DNA of 64,000 bases from a virus. The stretch is taken from the IMG/VR virus record IMGVR_UViG_3300008954_000007; one strand, given 5' to 3'. This document shows positions 32,801 to 41,100 of the stretch, piece by piece. Each line of letters starts with the position of its first letter. Position 1 is the first letter of the stretch. Under the pieces are notes generated by a model. That model was not told the origin of the DNA. It did not search any database and worked only from the letters and a program-made list of their open reading frames with translations. A program made the position numbers and the translations under genes.

Positions 32801-35120
32801 ACTACTCAATGTATTTACTGGAGATATAAGAACAGATGAACAGCAAGACTCTAACAATAGTGAATATATAGATCCATCTAATCCATCTGATATTAGTGTT
32901 ATCCAGCATGTAGGTGTAATAGATACAGGAGTGTGGCAAGGAGATAGGATAGATGCAGCTTATTTAGATTTAACACCATTAAACATAGGAGAGGGTTTAA
33001 GACCAAGTTTTGATGGAGTCAATTTTACTGATTACAGTACTGGTAATTTTGGTCTTTTCAATACAGGTCTGAACTTTGAATGGAATGAAAATCAAATTGA
33101 TGCACCTATACATGTTAAAACACTGGATGAGAATGCTGTTATTTTAGAAAGGTTAGTTGGGGATGAGCAAACACCTTCTAATATTCAAGCAGTTTCTTTA
33201 GTTTTTAGATCTTACAATAATGAAGATCATATAGAGTCAATATCTTCTGGTGGAGACTATAGTTATGGTGAGTCTACAGAAAATGGAGCCATCACTGGTA
33301 GATCTAAAGGACTAAGATTAAGAAATAGTGGGGGAACTTCTAGCTTACAACTACTAGAAAATGGAAATATTGCATTTAATTTAGGAGAAGATCCATCAGT
33401 TGATGATGACTTCTATTTTTCTGGTTCCAAACTTAGAATTAACAATCCAAGTGCAGGTGATGTTAATTTATATGTTTCTAGTAGTCAGTCTGACCAAGAG
33501 ATTTTTACTGTTTATGAGGAAAGTCTTGGTGAAAGCACAACCAACAAAGGAACTTGGAAATTTGGAAAAACTTCTAATAATAATTTTGGTATTTTTAGAG
33601 ATTTAGATGATTATGATATTGCTTCTACATTAATAGAAAATTATTCAGGAGCTAGATTAGTAATTATAGAAGATGATCCAAACAATGTTGGTTCTGGATG
33701 TCATTTAATTTTTAATAAGCATTCAGAAGTGGCAGAAAATTGGATCTCTACTGCATCTAAAAGATATTCAGCTATAGAATTAGGTAATGGATTTACCATT
33801 TACAATGAAGATAACAATGGTTCTAAATTTGGATTGGTTAGAGGTGCTTATTTTGGTATAAACGAAGAGGATTACCCCACCTGGAACTCTACTCAGACTT
33901 TTAATTCTGAAAGATTAGAGTTTAATGATGGAATTAAGTTTTTTGTTGCATCTACAAGCCTTGTTGACGAAGCAATTAATTATGATCAACAAATGACTAT
34001 TACTGATAGAGGTGTGGGTATATTTACACTTGAACCTGGATTAATTGGTGGTGATTCATCAAAACCAATTAGATTAGATGTTACTGGTAATTTAAGAGTT
34101 ACTGGTGGTTTATATAAGGGATCACTTGGGAGTGAAGTAAGATTACCTTTTGATGCTTGGACACCAGTAAATGACAATAATGATGATGACATTTACCATT
34201 CTGTAGGTCAAGTTGCAATTGGAACTTCTACTACTCTTAATACAACTCTATCAGTTAAAAATACTGATCAAACTTTCTCTCCATTTCAAGTTAAAGGCGC
34301 ATCTAATATAAATGCTCCTAATGGACTACCAGTTATAACAGTTACTGACGATCCTATTTATACAACAGTAGATGAAGGTTTACCTAATCCACAATATGCT
34401 TTATATGAAGAGCAACTTGCAATTAGTACTGCAGCAGCAGAAGCTTGGTTAGAAGAAAATAATTTAACTGAACCACCAAATCAATTTTTACCTGGAGCAA
34501 CTACACAATATAATCTTCACGATGTGACTGATGTCATCCCTGGATTTTCAGAAGATGATCCTTTAATAGATGTAGTTGGTGGTAGAGTAGGGATTAATGT
34601 TGCTAACCCATTGTTCCCACTAGAAGTTAGAGGAACAGTTTATATTGATGGAAATCTTTCTGTATCTGGTGGAATTAATGGTCAAGATTTTGGTGATTTT
34701 AGTTGGGATAATTCTGGACTTAGTTTAAATGATGCACAGTTAATTACAGTTGTTATAAATCCAGAGACAGGAGCACAAGAAACAAATCTTTCTGCTAATA
34801 CAAAAAGATTTGTAATTGATCATCCAACTAAAAAAGGAAAAAAATTACAGCATGGAAGCCTTGAAGGGTCTGAATATGGAGTTTATTCTAGAGGAAAAAG
34901 TAAAGAAAAGATAATTTTATTGCCAGAATATTGGACAAAGCTAATTGATGATGATACAATTACAATTCAATTGACTCCAATAGGAAAGTTTCAACAGTTG
35001 TGGGTTGAAAAAATTGAGAGCAATATGATTTTTGTGGGTTCTGATCAAGAAGAAGTACACTATTATTTCTTCATAAATGCTGAAAGAAAAGATGTCAGTA
35101 AATTAGAGGTAGAAATTTAA
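17892..35120 (+). CDS. Giant tail-fibre-like protein (5742 aa)
   Basis: About 14 LxTxxAIKxYV-type fibre repeats, WxGxxI...DQDLxTxxxVxF repeats, three IxNxxIxxxAxIxDxKLxxIS..KV repeats, VGI..P...LEV motifs; C-terminal KRFVIDHP...LQHGSLEG.EYGVY.RG...LPEYW...AERKD domain typical of phage fibre ends; GGAG RBS. Confidence 0.8.
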   Translation: MATLGTLSRSGYIKKSQQTYSIKGAPEDEKNFGLNTETPLAHLHIVGWGTTEVGSNGEKGGSIKLSYDDPSKIDSELPLDNISHLDIWVKDDNSQYITASKELHIQSDLGDIYIEPDLDVFIGNQDLTSYIEMRGRVFVDGGLTVRGVIDYHSRSDLAVEDASIFLNTPLYFFNTIDELEDMAEDATNVGGEDQAIARHEPSAEGLNGSGLKLIYGYAESENDYDPANGSKIALDDATDLETYDADALAYYHEHSGLYKPATKDFVYNSNGNGNGHWESNIPIKATELKVGESEVSIDDFISSIDTESETLDTSLVTASGIDTFVSDSIAHLFSHTIYSGNGIGDAKAKLSLSEDGSDSSFLFEIDDTDVFKITSDNNIKILQGYNLSFTENGHTVFDIKNPDASSWSSLTEGFSTNVLVTHYAVDSFVKQHVSDELAAFDMSFIISDDDVAKVETIGSTDPSINFIISDIGVINVDSNGLRIPSDITDDFDTWMTDLKEGDEPTEKYTGSNFSLNPGVEIRAIKRNSTQEEDAFNYLDIVDWDLEEDDVLLTQSAIKYKIGDITHQIVSQDTKAIVINENLDLSVEEKISIVYKTHEIAKFSNAGLEILSLGELDGLGVRTPVLYLGSGSTGATEIRNASNIDWENPSASALVTQEVLKDFVDSTVGNVTTVGTDGQSLAFEEDETIFYSDDNEVLYLSSNAVVLDRANDSEVEGNIFVEGLSFSDYLNDQGEVSDSHHIIRGVFTAQTFDDQVVGDWYDTNTDEQLPTQLSVKGFVTSVLTSTLLDYPQNQIYEVWSDQTTRSSITVRGDTESEDDPIINFTLDDTAGRLPDAVMTSSYFLLDLGLKLGRKVDDSPTDPTAQYLQDNKDSWSDDDSKSVSIATQNSIDLWIQDQLDGLDFTSIRTADSDGISRIASGNELARLEILDKNVALQTGFDSRKTFSFRTDDLQSVPHQVLIIDEDGISFFYTGTGDNPIWHGIPIRGFTNDPEDINIAQSNVPGSLELITPYAIKEFSNTYSKTSIGSERIDNVGFAKDDPLSGQVLVYSETSGNWENKSFASTTSTQIIVEDGTLDLFIKEEQIKNNHIAPDAEIEDSKLELISSANKVSASAFPIDTDTGLSTVLIGEGDDRFIEGEVLYELSLDNTQMAGYGLQFKSAEKELEVITDYTKSNYTSLPGAGSDLWWNNISRLTTTLSASSFLVHKDDGVGENVNQDGHSYGGNIYLPHRELNEPFRSSAYNDNGDQYYYDNDPFGQIRVLKPSPEFDYSDYIYRKKQALEGSEHPWGQKYDRNNNSLLDITEEGYLFDNSEPFQITKDYVDEDFIDQKLTFDTTLGVNRIAVTELSFYTAAGNVDSYDDITYLGTQAGGWSTVNGIKTGVTDEAQINMENPSQFLLASESAIVNLITDQMNVANEIFEQRDAKIFRDDESFYQYTIEESKAMLSPLSDGDLLMFREGLEKDVLGAVTTLSPGKWVNYKVAEDSHIIFDVDENPDAYYLLEYAQWLEDRRDPLGYWTYGFEDPNYTTEYQNWINTGSDGNPPERWWVENKWVQQAEDPSTGISWPVEQITENLYPNLTSSERRQISDDSYENRQYFQEENPSELRSPYFTSEEYLDLFYTAAGGAQFTFYLDSSNAPSEVSFPIGVLSKGSTITPTEITYVNLETGVITGSYDYRQYVFPNPGIHLNLRDLSITNDAIAVNAEIADYKLADISTPDKVLGTAVQLHPYTALENYIIEEALSPGSSLAQAGYSYEEGGLNSVGLRIKSSFAGQGLEMTEDNIMNISASLAHVTELGTLTIGNWQADPIEMEFIEDIDQSLLSSSTPSFAGIRLGSVAGGYHTISKFDDDGQLGGQVDENHLGDGFLPTQKAVRLFFDQRSDQDLKTTDSVTFTGLQIDVSSPVEIKHIFDDMSLTDEGNTGYLSESLATQGSIKAYVDLKSGDAADAVILSGLQDTSIQAPVVGQMLMYQELALGLGENNPKRWVNINIGTDNSDIEVDETNSFILRSNAVSNINIVPGAGISDSKLEQITTPGKVSGTAIQLSTFSSLTTRLEEGGALEISHNLVGTQTVTGLDFWHIDEDGNEELVSQGSGASLDLPRQEIRLNTESIEWQGNKFKLSHMDATFTNQALRTQDEVGFQSVDASSISVTNNMTIGGTLEVGDELTVDSDVTITGDLVVQGDGSQVELEVTHLFVDDSRVMFGTDPTEGPNNGVGFYGLYGGSSAQSEVSTVGLVYGESIYATNGNHGDIFYLFDTNNDIGVAPSWNLNLIANNLSTITSNRATLSANIIGNILTEVQEFNEINPSDGNDIDINELRVTSISTGVDPRITIAPKASGIALVVGNQLARYEGTWSGELIQREYLEGMSEDSVAEFKKLVLDHQEGGVYDSSFQLRGVEINEISKSGIWNSHESTQFGYGNDITTVTSSVPLDIEELAEFVHLHLRETGSFYYTDYANIGSSDDFSDGDIKQHEYLSGSDPVNLDDELVTKGMLVEFLNNISINNLVDVVTHEKHIDYNQISSTNYTSNIRWRALNNAEPFTLNEFNVGGGDFDAKIKSDDNYSDDRVESFGSVLFYVNVDQHERYDTNNEQGDMYPKFDYKDNIKHTHPTFFGNLNKKYNDSGAWIPRRIEDMVWKGSWQGDPISNDYIGGINQDLLTSSSVVFHELELSTAGGFSPSLTLPSTKSVNDKAVINKINDDVIELGSNLTIDTSTGGYVEDNYLVTESVLRTYVHETLTEGSELKVEAMGDVQFDLDHIDNFKLWVRYLNQGEIHTEQHRTYPPTHNAYLYANFIVSRGSIPVFFKEQDVDFDHELTTPSLGGLNPTIRSILFSSNSQINFSLPQNVVQYYGKTLSSGIPNDPTGFVSGNRAITANYSSAPPINVDYTDDHNYASGSWDFVPVDEDIERFNSLHNSIFPKTISDIRDHLGNVDDGNGGWIDGSDGSIEIVLRVVDLDKDLSGEPSVQDFISDDEAQFVVKFNSLADWWNRLISVEASEYAGEQPGDVFQVDGYESFRWKLQRSIEGYLDSLLEDPSLTIDNQSSLNQQRDIRANDKDLLLFDYDLVSTATGEQGTWTTSTDLSIDTLKLYDWENTRTEVVPSGDEFINIDTGRTYSSDYVKSENIVIDGANVSLHLGENAYFYTVQDLPSYLLEEDEITTISKVSRTIERYNNNDKTLVTEKAIFDHIRESLNTLELKDINIKYDVFSILNNYTHPNNNLSDNNLSYWELDHVDFQNDTVKERPKFTMMEVKSEWDSHVGNTNIKLPVGHQTNGVDASSSTNEYHSLQDWQKYEFNVYTQLTARVDDFYISVLQNSWSSRYSWRSHYTGYSKGMPGYDWSDSSSFSDIEAYMHGENDDNPGVISFNYLPQSINIKDKDLSPLSPVYSYRYNYGNSAYPDYRRLGGISLDHIGFLDKYAQKAYVDQSNLDDNNNIQWNQDDPDGNDDDWKGLFSSSLLRLGEDLELHNSFLEVDTKEYDDNTYARYNKFRRSHDVLKVDVHSLVSPTSSRITQGYYGHSDDQFLYDDASTYRVSDGSGGYDYDVDSFESGLEVVSYKYSPYIYHYSGSGNSYRRRIGDSNSPGDSLGDDGVGSADFIRTSPNQQHHPLVTFNSIEVKNDLILGSQENTDYADYIAASDQAQWLIDNGLTEPPEPTVPLLGLSSSGVLTAQEYRGVWRGDPLKQEDLDDSFLDQDLTTVSSPNFLKIGVGPLWNQASTNWANWSYLSEFGIVAQGGILVRKDVDAGTDNALVVTEGLKIKDMTSGYGLTSNGGNVLGGENILNPEGFSDAVSLPYTIEYNDEDTGELITENHTFSEIIPTINYITNNPDFFNVFNPNSNTFKDTESLATVYAIKSYIEAKTGISPNLSALGDTYFVDLMEVTSSGDALWFPLFNKDKIVGGSEGVGKWVNRKFGGDIILSDPHFALEGGLEPKTAEFKIVNIDDGIVPINEGASGLEDVNGLRIKTDIAGEGLLVDASSSSTSTPEEYANFLALGTPNYMTVRVVEVPAGMIRATGEYGDPVTDFATGNGSSSDYEFVSGNEQWWYLSSYGFLPDALKESNTGGFSVGDVITIHTTDSNFNFSSTEYITLLEYFREAFQAHFGDQTSNDFILNFNSSGLIWEGRGFTLSDVRSGLEDGDQWVDQDLKTTDDVEFKSIVIDTQTSVNTLTISDGNITLETYHDPIGIGNDYHNFIDLNVDGDGYIKSNGLQIYETRTHQQQQNSSATITKEGALTALSISSDSITTDELAAREIQSDGNLSIGKDFKVGSNVNITSYYEEDPITDSYTNLVNFESSSGLNLRDFYYVNTDAQGDLTIRRQDRELLEAPFIDESLTGDQLLEEEKKHENLLAEAGHTVLDTKSLIVNTSLIKLSSRNITIDGEAPFGNIANDNHDIGFYANYRDASSEVDKITGLFRQHSDGLNEGEAGRRKGEYYLFDVPRFVRGYRKTRKYTERYKAYQTLVEYISISSNYHADSNPKGQSEGYYVNHFHSMFKHQHIEGDGQYEPNPYWYPEILFDYTTRALYTPSTDPSSEGFDDTSGISWFVGEWTQSGNSTQYHVDLPTIKDYNDGMVYAGTASPYGSHQAENTSLKDYFDGLLSWKDAYDHNSTLSPIEVGGVVDSSHPDWMVPGSEGINAIYEYDESHSLSEKDSDKAWFGYVLEDMPGELEYEAYNDPYDPAPLSGYDLTDIGNPDNTQSGTQTASETPAPNSYSEFDNFNEILGKEIYTAFVGDYGVGSHIYKWYRKSGEDMAPPQEYEYIDTPEGRQYSYEVNSTVSIEMAYLDRLEDVEDVTGYWDTPYRRVDGKDIIKFTTEFGNFLNTPKVQYRYSPTEDYPFEIITGSPHFYIYQEPDYTDHDLVGKYRYLWLVKGEGDQADRVTTLTPEEFSEIYGGNVNSIVPLLREFTDDKYNPRDFQLAKLNAVLSEDSKWKGQKIEFEYIDEELTSKIQEADTHRGRLDNPHNVTSNQIQDFDDNVSELLNVFTGDIRTDEQQDSNNSEYIDPSNPSDISVIQHVGVIDTGVWQGDRIDAAYLDLTPLNIGEGLRPSFDGVNFTDYSTGNFGLFNTGLNFEWNENQIDAPIHVKTLDENAVILERLVGDEQTPSNIQAVSLVFRSYNNEDHIESISSGGDYSYGESTENGAITGRSKGLRLRNSGGTSSLQLLENGNIAFNLGEDPSVDDDFYFSGSKLRINNPSAGDVNLYVSSSQSDQEIFTVYEESLGESTTNKGTWKFGKTSNNNFGIFRDLDDYDIASTLIENYSGARLVIIEDDPNNVGSGCHLIFNKHSEVAENWISTASKRYSAIELGNGFTIYNEDNNGSKFGLVRGAYFGINEEDYPTWNSTQTFNSERLEFNDGIKFFVASTSLVDEAINYDQQMTITDRGVGIFTLEPGLIGGDSSKPIRLDVTGNLRVTGGLYKGSLGSEVRLPFDAWTPVNDNNDDDIYHSVGQVAIGTSTTLNTTLSVKNTDQTFSPFQVKGASNINAPNGLPVITVTDDPIYTTVDEGLPNPQYALYEEQLAISTAAAEAWLEENNLTEPPNQFLPGATTQYNLHDVTDVIPGFSEDDPLIDVVGGRVGINVANPLFPLEVRGTVYIDGNLSVSGGINGQDFGDFSWDNSGLSLNDAQLITVVINPETGAQETNLSANTKRFVIDHPTKKGKKLQHGSLEGSEYGVYSRGKSKEKIILLPEYWTKLIDDDTITIQLTPIGKFQQLWVEKIESNMIFVGSDQEEVHYYFFINAERKDVSKLEVEI

Positions 35121-35121
35121 A

Positions 35122-38100
35122 ATGGCTAAAGACATTGTAATACAACCTTTATTAGGAAAAATTGATTTTCAAGATGACGTTGGTGGTAGTTATGCTACTA
35201 ATAGCAATTTTTTAATTGCTGATGATGGAACCACTACTCTAAGTCTGAATAAAAATAATGGTGGGGCAATTCCAACTATTGATTCTGTGGCTAATGTTGC
35301 CTTAGATATTGATGGTTCTCTTGCTATTACAGATAAATTCATTCAAAATGGAGTTCATCGACCTTATGACAGTGCTTTCTTTGGTGTTTTAAGAGAAGAA
35401 GGAAGTAATGGTGATAAAAGAGCATACTATGAAGGTGGTATGTTGGGCGTTGGTGACTTTTCTTCAAGTGCACCCATTGCAGCTTTAGATGTAATTGGGT
35501 CGATTCATGCTTCTGGTGACATTACAAGTGTTAATGTTAATTTCACTGGAGAGCTACAAGACAATGGTACTAAAGTTGAGTTAGAAAAACTAGACTTTTT
35601 TGATAAACCCTCAGATACAGTTACTACAACCCACAACCTACAAGCTGCTGACATCACAGCTACAGGTGCAGTAATTGTTCAAGGTAATTTGACTGTTGAA
35701 GGCACTACTACCACAATAGAGTCTTCCACCCTAGCCATTGATGATAAAAACATCGTACTTGGTAGATCTGATGATTCAACTAATGATGCATCAGCACAAG
35801 GTGGTGGTCTTACATTAAGTAATGACGCAAATGGCGATAAGACTATTGCATGGTCTGCTACAGGTTCAAATCACATTTCAGCTTGGGAATTTAGTGAAAC
35901 AGTTGTAGTAGCTGGTGATGTAGATTTTACAGGTGCATTAAAGAAAAATGGTGTAGCCATTGATTTTGCTTCAGAATCAGGAGTTATTTGGTCTGAAATT
36001 CCTGGTGAAGCTATTGACTTAACTAGTGCTACACAAACTGCTTATGGGTCAAGTGGTCAGTTAGAGTTAAATTCTACTCAAATAAAAAGTGGAACATCTG
36101 CAACTGATAATATTTCAGATCTTGCCAATATTACAATTAGTGGTGATTTTGAGATTACTCTTACTCCAAATGTAGCAGAGACTATGGGTAGTTCTGCTGC
36201 AGTTAATTTTCTATTTGTGTCTGAATCACTTGGTGTTCCAACCAGTGGTGGTGGTGGTGTATATCCCAATTTTGGTACATTAGTACATATTGGACATTAT
36301 CCAAGTGAAAACAGATCTAGGATCTATAACTTAGCTACTGAAAATTGGCCTGTTAACTCCTTAAGTTATCGTATTATTTATACATCAAGTAGTAGGGTTT
36401 TGGTTGTTTTAGATGATGGTGGAAATTTAATAATACAGACCACAATGCCTGGAACAGGTGGAATTTTATTTGGTGTTCAGGGTTATAATGTAGATCAACA
36501 CACCAATGGCTTAGTAGCTACTTATTCAGGGTTTATTGGTGCTGCATCAATTGATACAGCTACATACACAGGTGATGTTTCAACCACTGGTAACATTAAA
36601 CTAGGTGGAGATTTATTAAATTCAGCAACTGGTGGAAATTATGTTGATGAAAGAATCAATGTAAAAAATGATGGTTCTGACGCTTATTTAGCTGGAAAAC
36701 TATCTATAGGTAGTTCTGCTAATGCTACCAATAATGATAATTATGACTTAAGTGTTCTTGGTTCGTTGAATTATGGAACTCTCCACGCAGATGGAAATCA
36801 AATTGATTATGGTACTGATTTTGGTCAGTGGAGTCTTAGTGGGTCTAGCTTAACTACTGCATCTGGTAATAATTTAGGTCTTGGTGGTGCTGCCAATGCA
36901 TCTTATAAATTAAAAGTAACTGGAGATTCTCATGTTACTGGCAGTTTATATTATGGTGCTTCAGCAACTCTCATAGAAGATTTTATAGTTACTAGTAAAA
37001 CATCAGCTATTAACTATTTAATTAAAGATGGTAGTGATAATTTAAGTTATAGTGATGGTGATTTAACTATAGATAGCACCATTAGTGCAGATACAGTTAC
37101 AGCATCCAATATAGATTTCACTAGTAGTTTACAAAAAAATGGTTCTGCTTTAACCCTAAAATCAGGTGACTTTGGCGTTTGGGAATCTGCTGGAGCTAGT
37201 GTTTCTTTACCAGTTCCTGCTACTCAAGGAATAGATATTTCTTCTTTCATTACATCTGCTGGTAACACTAAAGTTTTTGGAGTAACCAATAGTGGTTTTT
37301 ATTTTCTTGCTAACGATAATCTGTATTTATATAACTTCTCTACAGGAAGTGTCAGTACTATTCAACAAAACTTAGAGAATACTATTGATGGTGATGGTGC
37401 GACTACTACTTATGGTGTAAATACTCATGAATCCATAATAAAAACTGTTTCTTCAGGTGATGAATATTTTGCATGGTCAAATCGTCAGACTAGTAAATTT
37501 TATGTTTACAACATAACAAATGGTTTTACTCAACTTAATGACAGCACTGTTAATTTTTCATCATTGGGTTTAACTAACGATGTACATATTAAGCAATTGA
37601 TTCCAGATCCTTCTGGAACTGAATGGAATGATTTTGCTCTACACAGTTATAGTGAAGATGCTATTAAACACGCTAATAAAAAGTGGACAATAAACTATAG
37701 CACTGATCTTATAGACGATCTTATAGGTCTTGATTCTACTGGTAGGTTGTTTTACTCTACTAGCAGTGGTTCTTTAGCTTATGTAGATGTCAGCAGCTTA
37801 AGTAATGATCAAGTTGTTAATTTAGATGACTTAAGTCCAGTTACAGTTACTACTCTATTTAGTTCCTATACAGATAGTAATGGCAGGTTCCAAATCACAT
37901 CTCAGATAATAGAGTCTTCTGGTAGTCCACAAACTATTTTAACTGACACTTCTGATAATTTTTGTCATCTCTATGATTTGTTGACAGGGGATGTGGTTAC
38001 TGATCTTATAGATGGTATTTTTGATGTGGGTAATGGACTTGAACCTATAGGTGGAAGTAATTATTCGTTTGTAGCTTATAACCCTTCAAATGATGAAACA

Positions 38101-41100
38101 GCTTGGATGGGCAATAGTAAACATGTCTATACAACAGGGGCAATTATTGGTGGACAGGTTATTCATAGTCAAGCTTCTGTTGCTATTGGAAAAACAGCAC
38201 CAGATTATGCTCTAGATGTTGTTGGAGATATTAACATAGAGGGTGGAAAGCTTTATCAAGATGGTGCAGAAGTTGTTACTGGTACATTGGCTACTATTAA
38301 CTTCTTGCAAATGATAGGTGATGAAGCTGCCAGTACAGAATTTTTATATACAGATGCACCTTTCCAAATTGGTCAAAGAGATGCTTCATCTTCTCATGCC
38401 ACTTCAGCTACTTTTACATCAGGTGTTCTTCTTGAAGTTGATGGTCACATTGAAGCAGCTAATAATATTTTAGCAGCAGGAGCAATTTTTACTAATTCCA
38501 TCACTACTGGTGGATTAGATACTGGATCTGGAAATATTGTTACTACAGGTCAAGTTGCGATAGGTGATGGTGCGACTACAGGAACATATGGTCTAGAAAT
38601 TCAAGATGGATTGAACGTTAAAGGTGGATTCTACAACAATGGTGGAAGTGCCTTAAAAGTTGAAGCACTAGATTTTTGGGTAAATAGTGGTGACAATAGT
38701 GAAAAACTATCAACTAGATCAGCTACTGATAACATTACTAAAGTAGGTATTGGTGTAGCAGATCCAACTAGTGCTTTAGAAGTATCTGGAGACATCAATA
38801 TCGTAAGTGGTAGTCTTCTAATTGATGGCACAGCATTAGTAGTAGATCCTTATTTCAATGTTAACGAAGATGGTCATCTAACCCTGCTTGCCAAAGATAA
38901 TGGTGAAGATCCAAATACAGGTAGATCATTAAGTGTTGGTTCTACAGATACTAATAGTGTTCCAAGTGCAACATTAGATGTTACAGGAGATATATTGGCT
39001 TCTGGAGACATTACATTTAATGGAAACTTAAAAAATGGCAATAATACTCTGACAATTGCAGCCCTGGATTATTGGACTGAAGGTTCAGGAAATCTAACTA
39101 GAGGATCTGGTGATGTAATTATCTCTAGTGGAGATTTAAGTGTTAGTGGAAATGTTGATATTGGAGCAGGGGGTCAATTCTTAAGAGATGGAACGCCTAT
39201 TGACTTCAACGCAGAGGGTGGATCTTTATGGACTTTAGGAACTAATAATGACCTTACTTCTGGAGCTAGTAAAGTAGGTATAGGAACAGGTTCTACCACA
39301 CCACTATCAGAACAACTAGAGGTTGATGGAAACATTAAGTTCACAGGTGACCTCAAGCAAGTTGTTGATGGTGTTACCACCACAGTAGATTTACTTAATG
39401 TTTGGTCTTCAAGTGGTGAGACATTTACATATAATCTATTAACTGGAGATAATTCTACTGTTTTTGAAGCATATTCATCTGCAACTGATCCAAGTTATTC
39501 TGCGAATGTAATCACTCACAGTGGCACACTTCAGATTCAAAGTATTCTTCCAGTAACAGAGATGAGCCTAGATTATAGAGTTACTCAATCTATTCAAGGA
39601 ACCCATCTAGGTTATAAATGGCGTGTTAATGTTATTGAGAATGGTGTGGTAGATGCTCAAAATTCTTTTTATTTAAATATTTCATCGCACACAGTTAGTC
39701 CTGAAATATTTACACGATTAGACTTTGTCTCAACAGTAAATGGTGTAGGTGGTTATTCAGAACATCCTGGCTCTTCTCCATACCTAAATGACTCTGCAGT
39801 TTTTAATTATGATGGTGCAGGTAATTTCACATTTGGTAAGTCATCTTCCCAAGTAACAAAATCTATACCAGAATGGGCAGGAAAAACACTGCAGATTATA
39901 TTCGATGGTTCATCAAATCTTTCATCAGGTGGTGTTAATTGTGGTGCAAAACAACTTACTTTTGATAGTGGAACGTTAGTTGTTACAACAGGAGCTTTAA
40001 CAGCTACTTTTGAAGGTTCTGTCTCAGCAGAAGGTGGACTAACTATAGGTGGAGACATCTCAGGTGCTGGCATAACAGGAACTGGTTTAACTCTAGGTGC
40101 TGGAAACATTACTACTACTGGAACTATTGGATCAGGAGCAATCACCAGTTCAGGTTTATTATCAGGTGTTGGAGCAGAATTGGGTGGTGGTAACATCACT
40201 AATGCTGGAACTATTAGTTCAGGACAAATCACTAGCACAGGATCACTATCAGGAACTAGTTTATCATTAGCTGATGGTGGTATTACTAATACTGGTGCAA
40301 TTATTGGAGCTACTACCATAGTGGCATCTAGTTCAATTGAAGGTGGTAGTTTAGACATATCTGGTGTAGCAGAAGTTGGATCATTAACTACTACAGGTTC
40401 AATTGCAGGTGGTGCTCTTTCTGGTACTGGATTAACCCTAACTAATGGAAACATTTCAGATGTCACAAATATCACAGCAGGTGGGTTTGTAAAAGCAACT
40501 GGTGCTCTAGAAGGGGCTACTTTAGCACTAACTAATGCAAGTATTGTTTCTGATGGAAGTATTACAGCTACTAGTCTAGATCTAAATGATGGTGGAATAG
40601 TTGATGCTGGAGCCATAAGTGGTTCAAGCCTTGCTTTAGGATCTGGATCTATTGGTAGTGGTGCAATAACTAGTACTGGAACAGTTCAAGGAACCAGTTT
40701 AGTAGCATCTGCTGGTGGAGTACAGGCTACTGGAAATATTATTTCATCTGCTGGTAACGTAGAAGGTGTAGATGTCACAGCTAGTGGAACTCTTGGTGGG
40801 TCTATTCTTAATGTAGATACCATTAATCTATCAGGTGCATTTAGTCAAAATAATCAAGTAATTGACTTCACTCATGTGTGGAATACAGAGATTGTAGATG
40901 CTGCTGGAGCAAGTGGTGGTGTTCAGTCTGAAAGTTTTGATTTGGATGAGCACTTTATTGACATAGAAGAGCCAAACCACATGGGTGTCATTAAATATGG
41001 TGAAAGTACAACCACCTATGTCCAAAGAGTGAATGCAGGTACACAGAATACTCATGATAATTTTACAGTTAAGTCTGGAATTTTCATGTCAGAGTTAGAT

